DNA of 64,000 nt from Candidatus Enterousia sp. (GCA_045630455.1 JAZQTD010000048.1:1828-65827); one strand, 5' to 3'; shown: positions 7,892 to 19,216, counted from the stretch's first letter. Notes: generated by a model not told the origin, from the letters alone. Translations and numbers: made by a program.

Positions 7892-8134
7892 TTATTTTTG
7901 ATGTTCTTTTAGTTTGTTGATTTCTTGCATTATTTGTTTTTGTTTTTGTTGTATGCTTAATAAGTATTCCATAATGGTGTATTCTGTCTTAGATACTTCT
8001 AACATATCGCTGCAATGTAACCAAATGTATTTTGGACATCTGCCGTCTGGGAGCATGTCTTTGCAAAAGTCGTTTTTGCACTGTTCGGGCATATATTTCT
8101 TTTTGCAGATATGCATTATTTCTTTATCGCTCAT
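7892..8134 (-). CDS. Small cysteine-rich protein (PDGRC-motif family) with coiled-coil tail
   Basis: 80 aa with five Cys in the pattern C-x8-C-x4-C-KDMLPDGR-C-x7-C, then TEYTIMEYLLSIQQKQKQIMQEINKLKEHQK. Paralogous to 50036..50248 and 50260..50673. Confidence 0.6.
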   Translation of the reverse strand: MSDKEIMHICKKKYMPEQCKNDFCKDMLPDGRCPKYIWLHCSDMLEVSKTEYTIMEYLLSIQQKQKQIMQEINKLKEHQK

Positions 8135-8243
8135 GTATTTTTTCCTTTGTTATGTTATTTGTATAATAACACTAAATAAAATCTTGTCAATTTTTTTGTC
8201 AAACATTATATCATAAAAACTTACCCTTCACACTCTTGCATGG

Positions 8244-8272
8244 TTGACTTTTTTTTACAGATTTTCTAAGAT
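8244..8272 (+). promoter_or_regulatory. Sigma70-like promoter (TTGACT-17 nt-TAAGAT)
   Basis: -35 at 8244..8249 and -10 at 8267..8272, upstream of RBS AAGGGGA and the ATG at 8303. Confidence 0.4.
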
Positions 8273-8302
8273 ATGCGCGTACATATACGAAAGGGGACTT
8301 AT

Positions 8303-8800
8303 ATGCGAAAATTGATTGCAGCTTTATTTGCAACTTTGCCATTTAGTGCAATGGCAAATCCAGCGTGTCCAGTATGCACAATCGCAGTTGGCGCAGGTCT
8401 TGATATTGCACGTCGTCTGGGCGTTCCAGACAGTATTGTTGGACTGTGGGCGGGTGCGCTTTTGACTTTGGTTGGGTATTGGACTTTGAAATTTATGGAT
8501 AAAAAGAACTGGCACTTTTGGGGTCGCGATACAATTGTAATATTGCTATCTGTTGCAATGATTGGTTTTGTTTATATGGGGGCGGTACAATATGCGCCAA
8601 CACCTATTTGTGGTATGTTCACAATGGACCCTGTGTTGTTCGGCACAATTTGTGGTGCGCTGATATTTATTGGTACTGGGAAACTGTACCAATGGATGAA
8701 GGCAAAAAATGGTGGACACGCACACTTTCCATTTGAAAAAGTTGTATTGCCAATTGTTGCGCTTGCGTTGGCCAGTTGGGCGATGATTGCTTGTTTATAA
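8303..8800 (+). CDS. Hypothetical polytopic membrane protein
   Basis: The ORF-track start at 8273 lies inside the predicted promoter. The ATG at 8303 has an RBS. Signal-like MRKLIAALFATLPFSAMA, CPVC motif, about four hydrophobic helices. Confidence 0.6.
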   Translation: MRKLIAALFATLPFSAMANPACPVCTIAVGAGLDIARRLGVPDSIVGLWAGALLTLVGYWTLKFMDKKNWHFWGRDTIVILLSVAMIGFVYMGAVQYAPTPICGMFTMDPVLFGTICGALIFIGTGKLYQWMKAKNGGHAHFPFEKVVLPIVALALASWAMIACL

Positions 8801-8819
8801 AATAATCAGGGGTAAATCA

Positions 8820-9365
8820 ATGAAAAAAATAGAATCCGTACAAGAATTTGTTGAAAAATTAGATGCCGCAAAAAAGGTTAATCCAAAAGACTTGTCCAGC
8901 GACCAAGATTTAACGATTGGTATTATGAATCTGATTTCAATCGAAGAACACTTGATGTTTTCTGGTGCAAAAACTGGCAAACACGAATACTATGACTTAA
9001 TTAATCAAGTTCGTGAAATGCGCAAAAATGCTATGCTGAAAATCATACCATCTTATGAAGGTGAAGTATGGTGTATATCTAAACACTTGCTGGCGGCATC
9101 TATGCGCGTATTTGAAGTTGGAACCAAAGCCTTGGCCGCAGGCGACAAACAAACAGCATATGATTTATTCGACCAGTCTTATGAATTGTATTGTATGTTC
9201 TGGGGATTAAATATGGGGATGTTAAGTGGCGAAACACCAAAATCAAAAACCACAGCCAAAGAAACAAAAAAAGAAGTTGCTGTTGAAACACCTGCACCAA
9301 AATCCGGCGGAGTTAGCAAATTAAAGGACTGGGTCAAAAAAGCGGTAAACTGCTGTATCGAATAA
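8820..9365 (+). CDS. Hypothetical soluble protein (C-terminal ..NCCIE)
   Basis: The ATG at 8820 follows AGGGG and lies 19 nt after the upstream stop. Helical N-domain and a Lys/Thr-rich tail. No recognised domain. Confidence 0.6.
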   Translation: MKKIESVQEFVEKLDAAKKVNPKDLSSDQDLTIGIMNLISIEEHLMFSGAKTGKHEYYDLINQVREMRKNAMLKIIPSYEGEVWCISKHLLAASMRVFEVGTKALAAGDKQTAYDLFDQSYELYCMFWGLNMGMLSGETPKSKTTAKETKKEVAVETPAPKSGGVSKLKDWVKKAVNCCIE

Positions 9366-9374
9366 AATAAATAT

Positions 9375-9399
9375 CCCGCATTATTGCGGGTTGTTTTTT
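9375..9399 (+). terminator. Intrinsic terminator
   Basis: CCCGCA-TTAT-TGCGGG followed by TTGTTTTTT. Confidence 0.6.
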
Positions 9400-9403
9400 A
9401 TCC

Positions 9404-9431
9404 TTGATTTTTATTGATACGACCGTATAAT
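9404..9431 (+). promoter_or_regulatory. Sigma70-like promoter for tRNA-Thr (TTGATT-16 nt-TATAAT)
   Basis: -35 at 9404..9409 and -10 at 9426..9431, 15 nt upstream of the tRNA. Confidence 0.5.
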
Positions 9432-9446
9432 ATGACACGTCTTATC

Positions 9447-9520
9447 GCCCTAATAGTCTAGTGGTAAAACACGTCCTTGGTAAGGACGAGTCGCAAGTCC
9501 GATTCTTGCTTAGGGCACCA
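9447..9520 (+). tRNA. tRNA-Thr (GGU anticodon)
   Basis: Acceptor GCCCTAA/TTAGGGC, anticodon arm CGTCC-TTGGTAA-GGACG, T arm GCAAG-TCCGATT-CTTGC, encoded ACCA. The T loop again reads TCC. Confidence 0.85.
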
Positions 9521-9524
9521 GAAC

Positions 9525-9552
9525 AAATCCCGCTTCACGCGGGATTTTTTTT
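9525..9552. terminator. Bidirectional intrinsic terminator between tRNA-Thr and ung
   Basis: AAATCCCGC-TTCA-GCGGGATTTTTTTT. Overlaps the ung stop codon. Confidence 0.65.
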
Positions 9553-10213
9553 ACCATTCAATTGGCGACTTACCGTTTTGAATCAAATATTCATTTGCGC
9601 GACTAAAATGATGATTTCCAAAAAAACCACGATATGCAGACAGTGGTGACGGATGCGCACTTTTTAGGATTAAATTCTTATCTGCATTTACAAATGCTGC
9701 TTTTTTCTGGGCGTAACTCCCCCACAACATATAGACTATATTTTCACGCATAGCAACCACGCGAATAACTGCATCTGTAAATTCTTCCCAACCACGCCCC
9801 GCGTGCGATGCCGCTGCATGCGCCCGCACCGTCAGTGTTGAATTTAACAATAATACCCCTTGATTCGCCCAGTGTGTTAAATCACCATTCGTGACCGATT
9901 TGCGCCCCAAATCAGATTCAATTTCTTTATAGATATTTTGCAAACTTGGTGGCAGTATTGTCGGCGGCAACACAGAAAAACAAAGACCGTGCGCCTGCCC
10001 TGGTTCATGATATGGGTCTTGACCGATAATGACAACTTTTACCTTATCAATCGGACATAAATTAAACGCATTAAAAATATTTTTTGCCTCTGGATAAATC
10101 GCATTACCAGACAAATATTCACCGCGCACAAAATCTGTCAGTTTGATAAAATAATCTTTATCAAATTCTGCCCCCAACGCATCTTTCCAAGACTGTTCTA
10201 TTTTAACATTCAT
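9551..10213 (-). CDS. ung: Uracil-DNA glycosylase
   Basis: Family 1 UDG motifs GQDPYH and HPSPLSA. ORF track extends to 10246; the Met at 10213 ([13 protein letters not shown]) abuts the upstream stop. Confidence 0.9.
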   Translation of the reverse strand: MNVKIEQSWKDALGAEFDKDYFIKLTDFVRGEYLSGNAIYPEAKNIFNAFNLCPIDKVKVVIIGQDPYHEPGQAHGLCFSVLPPTILPPSLQNIYKEIESDLGRKSVTNGDLTHWANQGVLLLNSTLTVRAHAAASHAGRGWEEFTDAVIRVVAMRENIVYMLWGSYAQKKAAFVNADKNLILKSAHPSPLSAYRGFFGNHHFSRANEYLIQNGKSPIEW

Positions 10214-10860
10214 AACTTTATTAATCCCTGTTGTAAACTGCGCCACAGCACCACATCAATATACCCCCGCGGTAATCTGGTTTCTTGTTCCAAATGCGAA
10301 AACATATCATCACACACACTTTTTATTTCCGGTGCTAACTTTCCATTGTTTATTTTTGCTTCTAAATCTGCACACCCTGCAAACACGCACCCCAGTCTTT
10401 GAATCCAAATATCATATTTTACCAAATTCTCGCCCAGATTACGCGCCAAATGATTGGCTGTTATTTTTCCGATATGTGGTAATTTTTGTAAAAATTTTAA
10501 TTTATCTTCTAATGAATTTTGCAGATAGTATTCATCACAAAACTTGTGTCGATTTTCCCAGATTTTACAAATCGCATTTATTTTATTTTTGTTGTTAAAA
10601 ATCTGAATCAGAGAATCAAAAACCACTCCGCTTTGATTCAAAAAAAACATAATCTTTTCGTGAATTTTTTTAGCCGTTTTTTGTGAAAAACCACCCGCTA
10701 AAATCACATAGACACAATGTGCAGCAAACTCATCTGGTGAATAAATTTTTCGCGCCCGAATATTTTCTAAAATTTCATCAAAAGATTGAGCATCACTATC
10801 CAACCCACGCGCACGCAATTCAGAATCAAGATTCAAAAACCAGTCTCTGGAAAAATCCAT
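10210..10860 (-). CDS. Divergent helix-hairpin-helix (HhH-GPD-like) base-excision glycosylase candidate
   Basis: [27 protein letters not shown] parallels LPGIGQKTANVV...GVDTHVFRN in the Nth of this window. No Cys cluster. Confidence 0.5.
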   Translation of the reverse strand: MDFSRDWFLNLDSELRARGLDSDAQSFDEILENIRARKIYSPDEFAAHCVYVILAGGFSQKTAKKIHEKIMFFLNQSGVVFDSLIQIFNNKNKINAICKIWENRHKFCDEYYLQNSLEDKLKFLQKLPHIGKITANHLARNLGENLVKYDIWIQRLGCVFAGCADLEAKINNGKLAPEIKSVCDDMFSHLEQETRLPRGYIDVVLWRSLQQGLIKL

Positions 10861-11145
10861 TTATTCCATTCCTTGCCCACCCAACATCTGCGCCATTTGT
10901 GCTTCTTTCATTGCAGCCTGATCTTTGACATTTTGTTGTCCCTTAGTAAAGCCATCTGCTAAATTTTTCTTAGGCTGGTTGCGTTTTGCAATCACTTCTT
11001 CCAGTTGTTTTTTTCGCGATTTCATATATTCAACCTCAGATGCCGAATAGTGTTCAGAACGTTTTAATTTTTCTTCTAATTCATTAACTTCACGTTGCCA
11101 TACGGCTTCCCATGAATTATCAAACTTCTTTTCATCATCCGACAT
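10861..11145 (-). CDS. Hypothetical 94-aa charged helical protein
   Basis: Its stop codon directly abuts the downstream start codon (no spacer), and it lies 15 nt below the gyrB stop. Coiled-coil-like composition. Confidence 0.45.
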   Translation of the reverse strand: MSDDEKKFDNSWEAVWQREVNELEEKLKRSEHYSASEVEYMKSRKKQLEEVIAKRNQPKKNLADGFTKGQQNVKDQAAMKEAQMAQMLGGQGME

Positions 11146-11160
11146 CTGATTAGCCTATTG

Positions 11161-13605
<2,445 letters not shown>

Positions 13606-13637
13606 CTATAATTATCAAGAAAAAAGGGATTAAAACT

Positions 13638-13910
13638 ATGGAAAATACAACACCACGATTTACAAAAGAAGATTTCCTGAACGCAAAAGATTTGGTAAAA
13701 AAATTAAACGACCAATACAATAAAAAATACGACTTAGAAACCGTAAAAAAAACAATGGAATCCGAGTTTCGTAAAAAAACAAAAATAAAAACCAAATACA
13801 GTAACGCAACACAACTTATATACGATGTAAAATGGACTCATCGTCATGCGTTACGCCTACACCCATTGGGTTTAGAAAAATTCAAAGAAATCTTAGAAAA
13901 AGGTAAATAA
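13638..13910 (+). CDS. Hypothetical 90-aa Lys-rich protein
   Basis: ORF ends 1 nt before the next ATG (TAATATG). No recognised domain. Confidence 0.45.
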   Translation: MENTTPRFTKEDFLNAKDLVKKLNDQYNKKYDLETVKKTMESEFRKKTKIKTKYSNATQLIYDVKWTHRHALRLHPLGLEKFKEILEKGK

Positions 13911-13911
13911 T

Positions 13912-14481
13912 ATGAAATTCAAATTATTATATTTTGGCGATATTTTGATTAACCCAAAAAAACGGGCCCAACATATTGCAGACATTCGTATGCAGTTTCA
14001 TCCACAATTAAAGAAACTGATTGAACACAGTCCGTGGAATAACCTGACCCAGTACATGGTACCAAATCCAACCAAAAGTCCAATTACAACACGACACGTT
14101 GGTGGAATTGATTGGAATCCAATTATTACACCAAATCTAAAATTGATTGCAGAACTGGATATTCAAATGTTACACCCTGAAATTGTTGGTGTTCCACGTT
14201 CTGATATCGACAACCGTGTTAAGACTATTATGGACGGCCTGCGTTGTCCACAAAACGAACATGAAATTGGTGCAAACACACCACGTGATATTGGACCAAT
14301 TTATACATTACTGGACGATGACCATTTAATAACTAAATTATCTGTTAATACCAGTCACTTGCTGGATTCTAGTATATTCGCAGAAAATATTCAGCGCACC
14401 CCAGATTCAATCTTTATGATGATTGACGTAAATGTACGCGTGGCTGAGGGTACATTGGAAAACCTACCTTTTATGGTGTAA
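13912..14481 (+). CDS. Hypothetical protein with RusA-like resolvase motifs
   Basis: ELDIQMLHP..PRSDIDNRVKTIMDGL...LLDDDHLITKLSV resembles the E. coli RusA core RRRDLDNLQKAAFDAL...LDDAQVVDYRV. Confidence 0.5.
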   Translation: MKFKLLYFGDILINPKKRAQHIADIRMQFHPQLKKLIEHSPWNNLTQYMVPNPTKSPITTRHVGGIDWNPIITPNLKLIAELDIQMLHPEIVGVPRSDIDNRVKTIMDGLRCPQNEHEIGANTPRDIGPIYTLLDDDHLITKLSVNTSHLLDSSIFAENIQRTPDSIFMMIDVNVRVAEGTLENLPFMV

Positions 14482-14506
14482 AAAATCCCCCTAATGGGGG
14501 ATTTTT
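14480..14506. terminator. Bidirectional intrinsic terminator (AAAAAATCCCCC-TAAT-GGGGGATTTTT)
   Basis: Sits between convergent genes 13912..14481 (+) and 14509..15579 (-). Confidence 0.7.
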
Positions 14507-14508
14507 GT

Positions 14509-15579
14509 TTATGATAACGCGGAAGTAATCTGATCCTGCATCTGGAACGTTCCCAATACCACCCACGCGATAATCAATGACACTAATAAAATACCCGCGC
14601 TGTTCATAATATTAGACAAAGATTCCATCTTGCGCACTGATTCTGCCAGATAGTCATTTGCAACCTGATTTAAATTTTTATCAAACCCATTCATATCGGC
14701 ATATATCGTTAAATCACCAACGATATCCGCATCTGGGAATTCGCGTTCTGTTTTATCCAGTGCCACCCCCAGATTATCACCATTTGCAATAAAACGCAAC
14801 GCACTGTCTAATATAGACCGCAAATATTTATTCGCATTATCCGCCAACATACGCATTGCATCTGGTATCGTAACCCCAGATCCAACCATTGCTGACAACG
14901 CCATCATCCAACCTACCCCCATATGAATTTTATATATACTCCAAGGTGGTAATTTATCAAACACCGCACGCAGCCTTCCCGACCAATTTGCAAGACTAAC
15001 CCAACCAACCAATACGACCGTTGCAAAAATTCCAACAATCCACGACCAATACGCAATTGAAAAATCAGACAACGCAATCAAAGAACGCGCAGACCCACGC
15101 CATACAATATTATCACCTGCAACTTCTGCCAACGGTGGCACAAGATAAATTCCCACCATTAAAACAATACCAAACGTCAATGCTAACAAAAACAGCGGAT
15201 ACATAATCGCGCCACGCATTGCGCGTGAAATACGTTGCGTACCATCAACAACACGCCCAACATTTTCCAACGCCAACACCAGATTTGAGATATTACCACT
15301 GGTCACCAACAAGGTTTCATTTGGTGGCACCCAACCGCGTGTTGCATCTGAAAAACTCATCCCGCGTTCAAGATTTTTTTGCCACTGGCGCATAACGATT
15401 GCGAACGGTTCATTTGGCTTTTTACCGTTTTTAGATTCAATCATTTCAAGTCGCCCCAGCGCATCCATCAACGTAAAATCATTACGCAACAACGAAGCCA
15501 GTTTTCGACATATTGCCATACGTCGTTCTGTATTTAATCTGAATACCAGTTTTGCATAAAGCATTTCCAGTTTATTCAT
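14509..15579 (-). CDS. Type II secretion/type IV pilus platform protein (GspF/PilC family; R64 PilR / BfpE position)
   Basis: 356 aa polytopic membrane protein with a duplicated T2SS-F-like layout, directly downstream of the GspE-family ATPase. Confidence 0.8.
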   Translation of the reverse strand: MNKLEMLYAKLVFRLNTERRMAICRKLASLLRNDFTLMDALGRLEMIESKNGKKPNEPFAIVMRQWQKNLERGMSFSDATRGWVPPNETLLVTSGNISNLVLALENVGRVVDGTQRISRAMRGAIMYPLFLLALTFGIVLMVGIYLVPPLAEVAGDNIVWRGSARSLIALSDFSIAYWSWIVGIFATVVLVGWVSLANWSGRLRAVFDKLPPWSIYKIHMGVGWMMALSAMVGSGVTIPDAMRMLADNANKYLRSILDSALRFIANGDNLGVALDKTEREFPDADIVGDLTIYADMNGFDKNLNQVANDYLAESVRKMESLSNIMNSAGILLVSLIIAWVVLGTFQMQDQITSALS

Positions 15580-15580
15580 C

Positions 15581-17215
15581 TTAATACACCCCCGGCTGGT
15601 CTAATTGCCCGACCCAACGTTCTAATTCATCAACACCGATAATCCCTTGTAACATTAACGCAGACGCAGCCTCTTTTAATGTACGTCCATCCATCTCTTC
15701 AAGCCAGTATTTGATTGCCCCATCTGTATTCCCAGACAAAGCCAACTGTAAAAATTCACTGTTTGTGATAATAATTTCACCGGCCTTGATACGCCCCAAT
15801 GTCCCAGTTCCCTTACAATGTTCGCACCCAGAACCACGCATATAAACCTGATTTAAACCAATATCACCAAACGCATCACGCACACGACGATAAGCCGAAC
15901 GATGTGGATTATCAATTAAACGCTGGCGACAATGCGGACACAGTTTTTTAAACAATCGCATAGACACCAATCCACGCATCAAGGTTTCTTCTTTTAACTT
16001 AAACGGTTCAATACCTAAATCCAACAAACGGGTCAAAGCCGCCAACGCAGAATTTGCGTGCAATGTCGTCCAAACATTATGTCCTGACAACGCACCACGT
16101 ACCGTCAATTCCGCTGCCGCCAATGTACGAATTTCCCCAACCATCAGCGTATCAGGGTCACTTCGTAATGCCGCCGCCAATGCTTCTACATATTTTTCAT
16201 CACGCTGTTCTTCGTTTGTGGTATTTACCACCGGCATTTGATGCGCACCAAAAATCTTCTGTTCAACTGGATTTTCCACCGTAATCATATTGATTTCATA
16301 ATTACGCTCTTTCAGCATCATCGACATATTGCGTACCAATGTCGTTGATTTACCAGAACTGGTTGGGCCTGCTACAATAACCAAGCCTGTTGGAAAAGAA
16401 CGCATACGTGCCAACAAACGCTGTTCATATGGTCCAAATTCTTGCTCTGTTTTAATACCTTCGGATGGATTGTCATAAAGCAATCGCATAACCACATATC
16501 GAGATCCAAACGCAATTGGGTTAAATTGCATACGTACACCCATTACCCCCGACGGCAGATATAAATCTTTGGTTCCGCGCAGTGGTGTACGTCCATCTTT
16601 TTGTGCAGATTGATATTCATTCTGGGCATAGTTAGCATTTGACATATCCGCCGACGCAAATGCCGCACGAACAAAAGATTCACCCCATCCTGAATTATAT
16701 TCTAATACCGGCTGCATACTGCCATCGATACGAAAATAAATCGTTGTCTGGTCTGCAACTTCGATATGAACGTCAGATACTTTTTGCGCCGCCGCACGTG
16801 CAATAATATCAACAAAGTCTTTCTGCATCTGGTTATCATAGTCTTGACGCGAACGATGCATACCACCTAATGTCGCCTCATACATTTTATAGATACCAGA
16901 CACCAAACTTAAATCAGAATAAAACGGTTCGTGCACTACACGTCCACGTTTTCTTAGTAAATCTATAAACGCCAACACACGACCATCATATTGATGTGTA
17001 CGTGAAATAATAATTTCACCACCTGAAAAATAAGCAATTATACCTTGTGTATCTCGCGGCAGTTCAAATTCAGCCCCAGTCGCAGTTAATAAACGATTTC
17101 CATTTTCAAACAAGTAATCAATAATATCTTTGGGCTCTGCATTTTCCAACCCCACAGGCACAGACAGTTTTACTGTATCCGAGTTTGTACCAAAAATACT
17201 ATTTTGTTTTTCCAT
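15581..17215 (-). CDS. GspE/PilB-family secretion ATPase (R64 PilQ / BfpD position)
   Basis: Walker A GPTSSGKST, Asp box DPDTLMVGEIR, His box GHNVWTTLHAN, tetracysteine CPHC...CEHC. Confidence 0.85.
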   Translation of the reverse strand: MEKQNSIFGTNSDTVKLSVPVGLENAEPKDIIDYLFENGNRLLTATGAEFELPRDTQGIIAYFSGGEIIISRTHQYDGRVLAFIDLLRKRGRVVHEPFYSDLSLVSGIYKMYEATLGGMHRSRQDYDNQMQKDFVDIIARAAAQKVSDVHIEVADQTTIYFRIDGSMQPVLEYNSGWGESFVRAAFASADMSNANYAQNEYQSAQKDGRTPLRGTKDLYLPSGVMGVRMQFNPIAFGSRYVVMRLLYDNPSEGIKTEQEFGPYEQRLLARMRSFPTGLVIVAGPTSSGKSTTLVRNMSMMLKERNYEINMITVENPVEQKIFGAHQMPVVNTTNEEQRDEKYVEALAAALRSDPDTLMVGEIRTLAAAELTVRGALSGHNVWTTLHANSALAALTRLLDLGIEPFKLKEETLMRGLVSMRLFKKLCPHCRQRLIDNPHRSAYRRVRDAFGDIGLNQVYMRGSGCEHCKGTGTLGRIKAGEIIITNSEFLQLALSGNTDGAIKYWLEEMDGRTLKEAASALMLQGIIGVDELERWVGQLDQPGVY

Positions 17216-17227
17216 CGTGTATCCTGA

Positions 17228-17890
17228 TTATTTTGCCGAACCAACATTCAAGGTTTGCGTGCTACCATCTTTTATAAAAACAATTCCTTCGTCCAAAGAT
17301 ATAGATTTAACCACATACCCATCCAACGATTTACCAACACCAACACGTTTTGTTTGCCCACTAGCTAAATCTGTAATTGTCGCCTGTAATTGATTACCCG
17401 CCCCAATAACATTGACCAGTTTATATTTCTTAGTCAAATCTGTTTCTGGTTTAACTTCTTCTTTTTTTGTTTCATAATAAGACACAGGCTCATTTTCCGC
17501 CGCTAATATTTTTTCTTTTTCACGTTCTAAACGCGCTGCTTCTGCCTCTAACTTTGCTTTTTCTGTTTCAATCTGTTGTTGCTGTTGTTCTGCACGTCCA
17601 GACAGTGTATCAATTTCCATATGCAGTTTTATTTTCTCTGCTGCCAATCTGTCTAATTCCAAATCTAATTGAGCACGTTCCTTTTCCAACTGCATCAAAA
17701 CCTTTTCTTGTTCCAAATCTGTAATTTGTTGAAACAAAGAACCTTCGACTTGATAATCAGCAATTGCATCCACAGAAACTTGTTCTACATCATCAACCAA
17801 CACTTCATCTACAACGATTTCACCCGTGGCGCAAAACGCACCTGTGGTAAAAAACATTCCAGCCAACATAATTAAAAATTTATTTTGCAT
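17228..17890 (-). CDS. Secreted coiled-coil protein, PilP/BfpU-position pilus assembly candidate
   Basis: Signal peptide MQNKFLIMLAGMFFTTGAFCA, long E/Q/L coiled coil, beta-rich C-terminus (YKLVNVIGAG..ATITDLASGQTKRVGVGKSLDGYVVKSISLDEGIVFI). Confidence 0.5.
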   Translation of the reverse strand: MQNKFLIMLAGMFFTTGAFCATGEIVVDEVLVDDVEQVSVDAIADYQVEGSLFQQITDLEQEKVLMQLEKERAQLDLELDRLAAEKIKLHMEIDTLSGRAEQQQQQIETEKAKLEAEAARLEREKEKILAAENEPVSYYETKKEEVKPETDLTKKYKLVNVIGAGNQLQATITDLASGQTKRVGVGKSLDGYVVKSISLDEGIVFIKDGSTQTLNVGSAK

Positions 17891-19145
17891 AGATTATCAC
17901 CTCATAGTTCCAAAAACGTCTTGATGCGTCCCATGTACAACTTGTCATATAGACGCCACCAAAATCTTCAAATATTTTCATAAACTGCATTGGCACCAAT
18001 TTAGAAGATGCCGCAATCTCTACAACATTCACAGTCGTAATATCAACACCATTAGTCAGCGTATCAACAACAATATTTGTTTCTACATTTGTATCAATTC
18101 CTTGGAAAGCACTTGTAATTTCACGAACAATTGTTTCCGCATCACGTTCATCCTGAGACGCGATTGTATCAACCAATGGTAAAATCCCTTCTACCACCAA
18201 TACGTCTTCAGAACGTTCACCAACCAATACCCCTGGCATTAAATCGCCAGCAATTGTATAAAAAAGATCCAAAGTTCCAAAACTGCGTTGAAATTCTGCG
18301 CTAACCGTTGTTTCACCACAAGTTGCAATTATTTGATTCCAACCAACAATCGGCTGCATAACAAAACCAATCGCTTTGTAACAAACTTCCGCCCTCTGAA
18401 CTGGATTTGGTAAATTTTCATACGGCATAACAATTGGTGCTGGCGGCAAAGGTTTTACTATTTCAAATTGCGCATCCAATTCTTTGTTTTTTTCTTCTAT
18501 TTGACGTTTATATTCCGCAACCAATTCCGGATTCACATCTGCAATTTGTGGCCTTGGTATTAACATTTCACCAATTGGTTTTTGAAATACATATAACAAA
18601 AACACCATAAACACAGCCAATAATAACACAGCTGTCATACGCGACCCAAAACGACTTATTGTATGCAATACAGCATACGACGACCCACCACTAATAATAT
18701 CATACAATGTACGCTCAATCGCGCGCGGCATCCCCCACACACCTGGTGCAATCAATGCACCCCAATCTGGAATCTGCGATAACTTCACATATTCTTCACG
18801 CGCAGCACTTTCTGTTTCAAAAACCTTGTCTTCTAAGATAACCCCATTACGAACCGCAATAACGATATACTTTTTATCTGTGGCAAAAGCACCTAAAAAA
18901 GATGTATATTCTGCCATAGATTCCATAACCTGGGCGGCGATTGATGGCATACCCGCACGATGTCCTGCTTTACGCGATCCCAAACCAATCATTCCACGAT
19001 ATTCTGTAAAAAGTTTTAGTTTTTTATCAACCGACTTTGCCAGATTTTTAGCATAATTACGCGCAACAAACCCCGCACCAATCGGTTGCCAGAACAGACC
19101 GGTTGCGTATTTTTTATGATGAATATAAACAACTTGATTAATCAA
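17880..19145 (-). CDS. Bitopic membrane protein, PilO(R64)/BfpC-position pilus assembly candidate
   Basis: 421 aa. N-terminal GLFWQPIG-type cytoplasmic domain, single central helix MTAVLLLAVFMVFLLYVF, periplasmic C-domain. TTG start after GAGAGAGA. Overlaps the next gene by 11 nt. Confidence 0.5.
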   Translation of the reverse strand: MINQVVYIHHKKYATGLFWQPIGAGFVARNYAKNLAKSVDKKLKLFTEYRGMIGLGSRKAGHRAGMPSIAAQVMESMAEYTSFLGAFATDKKYIVIAVRNGVILEDKVFETESAAREEYVKLSQIPDWGALIAPGVWGMPRAIERTLYDIISGGSSYAVLHTISRFGSRMTAVLLLAVFMVFLLYVFQKPIGEMLIPRPQIADVNPELVAEYKRQIEEKNKELDAQFEIVKPLPPAPIVMPYENLPNPVQRAEVCYKAIGFVMQPIVGWNQIIATCGETTVSAEFQRSFGTLDLFYTIAGDLMPGVLVGERSEDVLVVEGILPLVDTIASQDERDAETIVREITSAFQGIDTNVETNIVVDTLTNGVDITTVNVVEIAASSKLVPMQFMKIFEDFGGVYMTSCTWDASRRFWNYEVIIYAK

Positions 19146-19216
19146 TTTCTCTCTCTAACTTAGGCCCTGTTATAAAATTATAACACAAAAATCCCAACCA
19201 CCGCAACCACAAAACC

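Noticed and set aside
9461-9649. 62-aa ORF
   Set aside because: It starts inside tRNA-Thr, crosses a terminator and runs antisense into ung.
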